Below, piece by piece: positions 58,661 to 64,000 of a stretch of 64,000 bases of DNA. Source of the DNA: a virus; IMG/VR virus record IMGVR_UViG_3300031368_000001, positions 1-64,000 of that record. One strand, written 5' to 3'. Both the position numbers and the translations under genes were made by a program. The first letter of the stretch is position 1. Each line of letters begins with the position of its first letter. The notes under the pieces are model-generated. The model saw nothing but the letters and a program-made list of their open reading frames with translations, searched no databases and had not been told where the DNA came from.

Positions 58661-58981
58661 ATGATGAAAACAACAAAATGGATACCAAAAGTAGAATATT
58701 CATCTCGTGAAGATATGCTTGATTTTTTTTCTTTAGATAAAAGCGAGAATGAAAATTTAGGTGAGTTTGATAAATACAACGAAGTAGAAGTAGCTGTAAT
58801 CAGAGAGGATAATAAAATAGGATTCGAGTCAGCTGGTTGGAACAGTAAAGATAAAATAATTTTATTTAGTTGCGATTTAGGTATGAAAGTTTCTAGTGAC
58901 GAAGAAGCTGATAAAGATATTGAATGGTGGAGAAAAGTTGCAAACGTAATAGCAGATGCATTAAATAAAGAAAAACTATAG
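58661..58981 (+). CDS. Hypothetical protein
   Basis: GAGG RBS. Confidence 0.6.
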   Translation: MMKTTKWIPKVEYSSREDMLDFFSLDKSENENLGEFDKYNEVEVAVIREDNKIGFESAGWNSKDKIILFSCDLGMKVSSDEEADKDIEWWRKVANVIADALNKEKL

Positions 58982-59065
58982 TTAAATGAATAAAAATAAA
59001 GGAGGTGAATATTAAGCTAGGGGATTCAAAGTAATAATAACCTTAACATACAAGGACAAAAAACA

Positions 59066-59788
59066 ATGAATACAAAAAACAAAGAATTAGCAACCAAAGA
59101 ACAAAGTGAAGAAAATCTCCCGGCAGAGCTCAAAGCTAAATTTGACCTCAAGCAAAACATGGAAGGGGTCACACCGAGACTTCCACAAATTTCCATCGTA
59201 CATCAAGCTCAATTATTCACTTTTCCAGATGAGACTCAGGTAAAAAAGTTTGAAGGGATTATTCTGGACACTAGTCGAATAAATGCCTGGTGGGAACAAA
59301 GTTATGATGAGACTGGAGGCGGAACTCCACCTGATTGTTTTTCTATGAATGGAGTTGAACCTGATCTTAACTGTAACATGCCACAAGCCAAAAGGTGTGC
59401 AGAGTGTGAGAAGAATAAATTCGGAAGCGATGGTCGTGGTAAGGCTTGTAAGAACATGAAACGGGTGCATATCATGCTCGAAGATGAAATGTTGCCCCTT
59501 AGACTTACACTTCCACCCTCAAATTTGAAAGCAATCGATATGTACATTTCTTTGCTGACTTCTAAAGGAATGCCGTACCAATTGGTTGTTACAAATTTTA
59601 AGCTTAAGAAAACTCAAAACAAGGACGGAATTGCCTTTTCAGAAATTAATCCAGAAAAGGTGAGGATCATAACAGATCCAGAAAAGGCTGAATTCTTGAG
59701 TAAAATGCTGAAAGAATTTAAACCTGTGATGAGAGGACAGGAAATTGTGATGGAGGAATATGGTAGTTCGGATACGGAAGAGATGTAG
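59066..59788 (+). CDS. Putative phage ssDNA-binding/annealing protein with Zn site
   Basis: PDCFS..G...C..C..N.FGS..GKACK...LPPSNLK; acidic tail; in replication operon. Confidence 0.6.
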   Translation: MNTKNKELATKEQSEENLPAELKAKFDLKQNMEGVTPRLPQISIVHQAQLFTFPDETQVKKFEGIILDTSRINAWWEQSYDETGGGTPPDCFSMNGVEPDLNCNMPQAKRCAECEKNKFGSDGRGKACKNMKRVHIMLEDEMLPLRLTLPPSNLKAIDMYISLLTSKGMPYQLVVTNFKLKKTQNKDGIAFSEINPEKVRIITDPEKAEFLSKMLKEFKPVMRGQEIVMEEYGSSDTEEM

Positions 59789-59941
59789 ATAGCTGGGAAG
59801 TTATCAGTGAATTCAAGCCTGCCCTGTGCATATAGCACAAGAGGAAAATTAAACTCATTCAGAACAACCTCTTAGGGCAGGCTAACTAAAAAAAATTGGC
59901 TGCTGGGGACAGTGGTAAAAAGAGGAGAAAAGGACAAATTT

Positions 59942-60238
59942 ATGCGGTGTATATTCTGCCAGCTCCCAGAATTTCAGTTTGATTATTTATCTCAACAAAT
60001 CAAAGAAGCTAAATGCGCTAATGATGTCACTGAGATAATTTGTTCAAATTGTGTACAGAAAATTTTTAGTTTAAGCAAAGAACGTTTACAGGAGTTTCAA
60101 GAATTAAACCGGAGGAAGGAAAAGGCAAAAGCAGTAGACTACATTCAAAAAATATTATCTAGTGAAAAGGAGAAAATTGATGAACCGGGAAAAAGATCAC
60201 CTCACTCGAGATTTCCTAAAAGAAAAAAAAGTGCTTGA
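59942..60238 (+). CDS. Zn-finger hypothetical protein
   Basis: CIFC...CSNC. Confidence 0.55.
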   Translation: MRCIFCQLPEFQFDYLSQQIKEAKCANDVTEIICSNCVQKIFSLSKERLQEFQELNRRKEKAKAVDYIQKILSSEKEKIDEPGKRSPHSRFPKRKKSA

Positions 60239-60395
60239 ATTACTGGGAATCGTTGAAGGAACTCTTGAGAGGCTCATAAGAGAAAAGGATTTTCCGCACA
60301 TAAAAATTGGCCAAGGAAGGCTATTTTATGAGCAGGATGTGATAAAGTGGCTGAGACTTCAAAAACGTGGGTACAATTCTAAGAAAAATGTATAA
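60180..60395 (+). CDS. Excisionase/AlpA-like HTH protein
   Basis: VLELLGI..TLERLI...FPHIKIG...F...DVIKWL. Confidence 0.75.
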   Translation: MNREKDHLTRDFLKEKKVLELLGIVEGTLERLIREKDFPHIKIGQGRLFYEQDVIKWLRLQKRGYNSKKNV

Positions 60396-60551
60396 GTTTT
60401 GTGTAAGTTTCGAAGAAGTTTGATTTGTTTTCAGTATAGTTTCGTAGGATTTTTTTTTAGCTAATGTCATCCTACCCACAAAAATTGAAAGTCGCTCCAC
60501 AGCGCTAAAAAAGGGCTTAAAGAGGAAATGGGATTTTTGAAAGGAGACAAG

Positions 60552-60803
60552 ATGAAACAAGAGCTTAAAATCGTTACTCCAACAGGCACTGGAACCGTAC
60601 AGTATGGAGAGTTTATGCTTAACGATGGACGGAAAAAGAAATTCCATTGCTGGTGGAACGGGAGTGGCATAGGTGGCGATAGTGATACCATAGAGGAGGC
60701 GAGAAAACATCTCATTGAATTTATCAAAATCAGATTAGCATCTGAACTTAATCAGCTTGAAGAACAATCAGCAAATATTCGATTGTTTTTGAGAGAAATA
60801 TAA
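60552..60803 (+). CDS. Hypothetical protein
   Basis: AGGAG RBS. Confidence 0.6.
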   Translation: MKQELKIVTPTGTGTVQYGEFMLNDGRKKKFHCWWNGSGIGGDSDTIEEARKHLIEFIKIRLASELNQLEEQSANIRLFLREI

Positions 60804-61507
60804 TAATGGCGTTGAATCCAATGCCTAAGAATTAGTGCAGCTATGGAAATAATCTTAAAACTAACCATACCGGATAAAACTATCAAGAATCTAGATGAAG
60901 CTTCGGAGAAACTGGGCTGGGGTCAAGATATATGCTGGTGGGACATAGTAGAGAGAAATGTTGATGAGGTAGTTGAGAGATTGGGAGGGACCTGGAGATT
61001 TATGAAGATAATCTCAAAGAAGAGAAGATGGAGATTTTTTAGGTGGTAAGAAGATGAAGATATTAGCAACAATCAGTGATAATCCACTAGCACAATAGAA
61101 AAAGAACCCGAATTAGTTAAAGCTTTTGATGTTACATCGTGCCTGACAATATTCTATCAACTCAAAGAAATTGCGGATCTAGTGAATTCTTCTCCAAGTA
61201 GCTACTGTGAAGCAGCAAACCATATGGCTTATCTGATAAATCAAATAGAGAAATATATAAGATAATTTTTTTCAAAAGGAGGAAAATCAATGTTAGAACT
61301 TAAAATCGAAATCAAAGATAGTGAAACCGGATACGCTGTCACAAAAATCAAAAATCTTTCACTTGGTACTGGAACAACTTTTCGATTTGATACTGTTAGG
61401 CAGACATTATTAAATATAGTGGAGATGATTGTTCCAGCTTGTGAAAATCTCAAAGAAAAGTAATTTTTTAATTTGATATTTTTTGTATGATGTAGTAAAC
61501 TTACCTC

Positions 61508-61699
61508 ATGGATAAAAAAACTATGAGCAACAAAATTACAGGCAACAAATTTCAAACTATAAAAATCTGGGAAAAAACATTCAAACTATTATACTTTGTC
61601 AGAGCATATACTGGAGAATCTATCGTAGCTCTTTTTGATAGATTAGTGAATGAAGAATTAATTAGAGTACAAAGAGGGGATAAGCCATACAAGAAATAA
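61508..61699 (+). CDS. Possible ribbon-helix-helix DNA-binding protein
   Basis: TIKIW..T...L....GESI..L.DRLV. Confidence 0.5.
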   Translation: MDKKTMSNKITGNKFQTIKIWEKTFKLLYFVRAYTGESIVALFDRLVNEELIRVQRGDKPYKK

Positions 61700-61757
61700 A
61701 TTTAAATGGATTGAGAGAGCCAATTGCTGCAACTGATTTGTAACGTTAAGCAACAAT

Positions 61758-62081
61758 ATGAGAATATCAGAACAAACAATAAAAAAGATTTTAGAAGATA
61801 ATTTAGATCTATCAGATTTTCTACAAGATTATGATGAGTTGAAATATCGAATAGGGAATATGGGACGTGGTAAGACAAAAGGAAAATCAAAATTCAAAGG
61901 AGTTGATTTTGATATCTGCAAAAAACAATGGAGGGCGCGAATCACAGAAAATTATTCTAGAAAATTTCTTGGTTATTTTGATTCTGAAGTAGAAGCAGCT
62001 AAAAAATATGATCAAGCGGCTCTATTGATATTTGGAAGATATGCTAGACTAAATCGTGAAATTTTTCCAGGTGAGTTTTAA
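61758..62081 (+). CDS. AP2-domain DNA-binding protein
   Basis: SKFKGV...WRARI...LGYF..EVEAAKKYD.AA...FG..A.LN. Confidence 0.85.
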   Translation: MRISEQTIKKILEDNLDLSDFLQDYDELKYRIGNMGRGKTKGKSKFKGVDFDICKKQWRARITENYSRKFLGYFDSEVEAAKKYDQAALLIFGRYARLNREIFPGEF

Positions 62082-62380
62082 TTGGTAAATTATCTTATAG
62101 GAAGAAACTATGAATCTCCTTCTCACACTACTTATAATTATCTTAGTCCTTGAAGGCATTAGCAGAACCGAAATCACTGTTCACTGTTGCATCACGGACT
62201 GTAACAATATAACAACATGGACACTGACTTACTGGCTTATAGCCTGTTTTTTTACCGTCAGTTGGCATCCTTATGTATGTGGAAAACATTGGGAACTTTT
62301 TGAAGAAATAGGAAAAGAGGATGAGGTGAAACTTAGAGAAAAAGTGGAGAAGAAATAATAAACAAAGCAAGGAAAATTTA

Positions 62381-62755
62381 ATGTATGGTATTTCTATAAA
62401 ACAACCTTGGGCGAGCCTAATAATTACAGGAATAAAACCTATTGAAAACAGAACTTGGTCTACATCTTATCGGGGGCCTCTCTTAATTCACGCTTCAAAA
62501 AAATGGGATAAGGATGGGGCTGAATTTATCACTGAATCACATCCAGAATTAAAAAATTTGGTTCAAACCAGCAGAAATCTTACTGGAGTATTTCTTGGAC
62601 AAGTTTTAATGATCGATTGTGTTCAGAAACATAGTTCTGAATGGTTCTTTGGACCTTATGGATTTGTATTTATGCATTCCAGAGAATTTTATAAACCTAT
62701 TCCATACAAAGGTCACCTAAGAATTTTTAGTGTGCCTGATAATGTTTTGTACTAA
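62381..62755 (+). CDS. ASCH domain protein
   Basis: SIKQPWASLI..G.K.IENRTW...RGPLLIHAS. Confidence 0.9.
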   Translation: MYGISIKQPWASLIITGIKPIENRTWSTSYRGPLLIHASKKWDKDGAEFITESHPELKNLVQTSRNLTGVFLGQVLMIDCVQKHSSEWFFGPYGFVFMHSREFYKPIPYKGHLRIFSVPDNVLY

Positions 62756-62787
62756 AAATACAGGCTAAAAATACAGGCTAAAAATAC

Positions 62788-63213
62788 ATGAATCTCCCCA
62801 ACTCTGAATCGATCAGTTACTGGAAAACAAGTCAATCTTCTCCGGATAAATGGATTGAACGAGCTAGTAGAGTTATCGAACAATATGACGGTAAGGTGCT
62901 TGCTGAAGGATTTGGTAGCAACGCTAACAGCCATGCTGCGTATATGATTGGTTTTGAGATGCATGGTGAAAAATTCAAGGCAGTCTGGCCTGTACTTCCG
63001 TCAGATACGAAAAATGAAAGAGCAGCTAGGATTCAGGCAGCTACTTTGCTTTACCACGACATAAAAGCTAAGTGTATCTCAGCTACGGTGCTAGGAGCCA
63101 GGGTAGCATTTTTTAGTTATCTTATGTTACCAGATGGAAGAACTGCTGGTGAGGCTACGGAGAAAGAATTGCTGGAAGGGATCCCGAAACAAATATTGTT
63201 GACAGAGATATGA
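62788..63213 (+). CDS. Hypothetical phage protein
   Basis: 141-aa ORF; FFSYLMLPDGRT. Confidence 0.7.
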   Translation: MNLPNSESISYWKTSQSSPDKWIERASRVIEQYDGKVLAEGFGSNANSHAAYMIGFEMHGEKFKAVWPVLPSDTKNERAARIQAATLLYHDIKAKCISATVLGARVAFFSYLMLPDGRTAGEATEKELLEGIPKQILLTEI

Positions 63214-63567
63214 GGAAAAGAGATGGAAGCTCGCATTAAAACAATTATATTTATTGGTTGGTTTTTGATTACAATAAGTTCTTCTATTTGTGTCATGATA
63301 GAAGTATGGCGATGTAGGTGGATAGAATGTTTTCTGTACCTGGCATTAATTTTTATAATTAATGCTACTCTTAGAATTATCTCTAAAAAAAAGATAAAAC
63401 AGAATGGCAAATAAAACAATCAAAACCATAGATCAATTTAGGAAGACATATTTTCCTAAAGAATATGAAAGACAGAAATTGAGTGAGATGTCATCCACAG
63501 AGCTTGGAGAGGACCTGGCAAAAAAGTTTATAATTAAGATCAGGAAAAAATATGGAAAAGAGATAAA

Positions 63568-63786
63568 ATGTTCTTCATTAAAGGTTACCACAACATAAAA
63601 TTTGGTAAAGTTATTAAACCTAAGAAGGGTTTACCATATATCAAAATCATTTTGCTAAAACCAGGCGCACCGGATAAAACCATAGAAGCAGGCTCTGTGA
63701 TCTGGGATCTCAAGAAAAAACAGTGGGAGTTGAGAACACGGAAAGAAACGGATGAATTAGTGAAAGAGATGGGGGGGGAGAGATGA
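63568..63786 (+). CDS. Hypothetical protein
   Basis: ORF in the operon strand, coupled to the next ORF. Confidence 0.5.
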   Translation: MFFIKGYHNIKFGKVIKPKKGLPYIKIILLKPGAPDKTIEAGSVIWDLKKKQWELRTRKETDELVKEMGGER

Positions 63787-64000
63787 CCTTCTTTTTTAAA
63801 CAAAAAAATATATAGGCTTCGATCAGAAGGCGAAATTATCCCCCCGTGGTATTTTAGTCTTGTTTATATAGATTATATGCACAGAAAAGATATCTGGTGT
63901 CCAATTCCTTTGAATTATATTCTCAGAGCTATGAAATTTATAGAATACTCTTGGATAAATTTCGTTCAAAGCCTACATGGATAGACAAAAGAGTCGAAAA

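Noticed and set aside
60799-60845. Additional attC site
   Set aside because: Only a left-half resemblance (TATAATAATGGCGTTGAATCC); no right core or palindrome
1-64000. Borg or archaeal element; Mu-type transposable phage; tRNA or rRNA genes
   Set aside because: Expression signals and SSB are bacterial; no transposase seen and replication genes are Prim-Pol type; no tRNA or rRNA recognised by eye (tRNAscan not run)

Overview
A 64-kb, AT-rich segment of a tailed dsDNA bacteriophage. AGGAGG RBSs, sigma70-type promoters, lipoprotein signals and an SSB ending in DDDGDIPF point to a bacterial host, probably an anaerobe (inference). Layout: (1) 1-27.7 kb, minus strand: late/virion region with a Mu-like protease-scaffold, decoration and major capsid genes, Mu gp36/gp37-like adaptors, tail tube, a -1 frameshifted tail chaperone, a short tape measure, three Ser/Glu low-complexity proteins and several signal-peptide-bearing adhesin-like proteins. 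(2) 27.7-30 kb: non-coding divergence zone with large hairpins. (3) 30-51 kb, plus strand: dozens of small early genes plus ssb and a DUF3150-like/MoxR AAA/DUF2201-VWA module. (4) 51-64 kb: putative origin, primase-polymerase, VRR-NUC, SNF2 helicase and more small genes. No terminase, portal or integrase was recognised. Best candidates for new biology: (a) eight divergent, domain-shuffled genes beside the head protease that share an N-terminal KxFS[ED]D motif, six ending in a near-invariant GEYYHRDVGWY-stop tag, read here as a capsid cargo-addressing system; (b) a solitary CRISPR repeat with its own promoter (Racr-like); (c) an Frpo-like ssDNA hairpin promoter heading the early genes; (d) integron attC cassettes with matching core sites; (e) short tandem duplications concentrated at gene junctions. 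Family assignments come from motif recognition by eye, not database searches.
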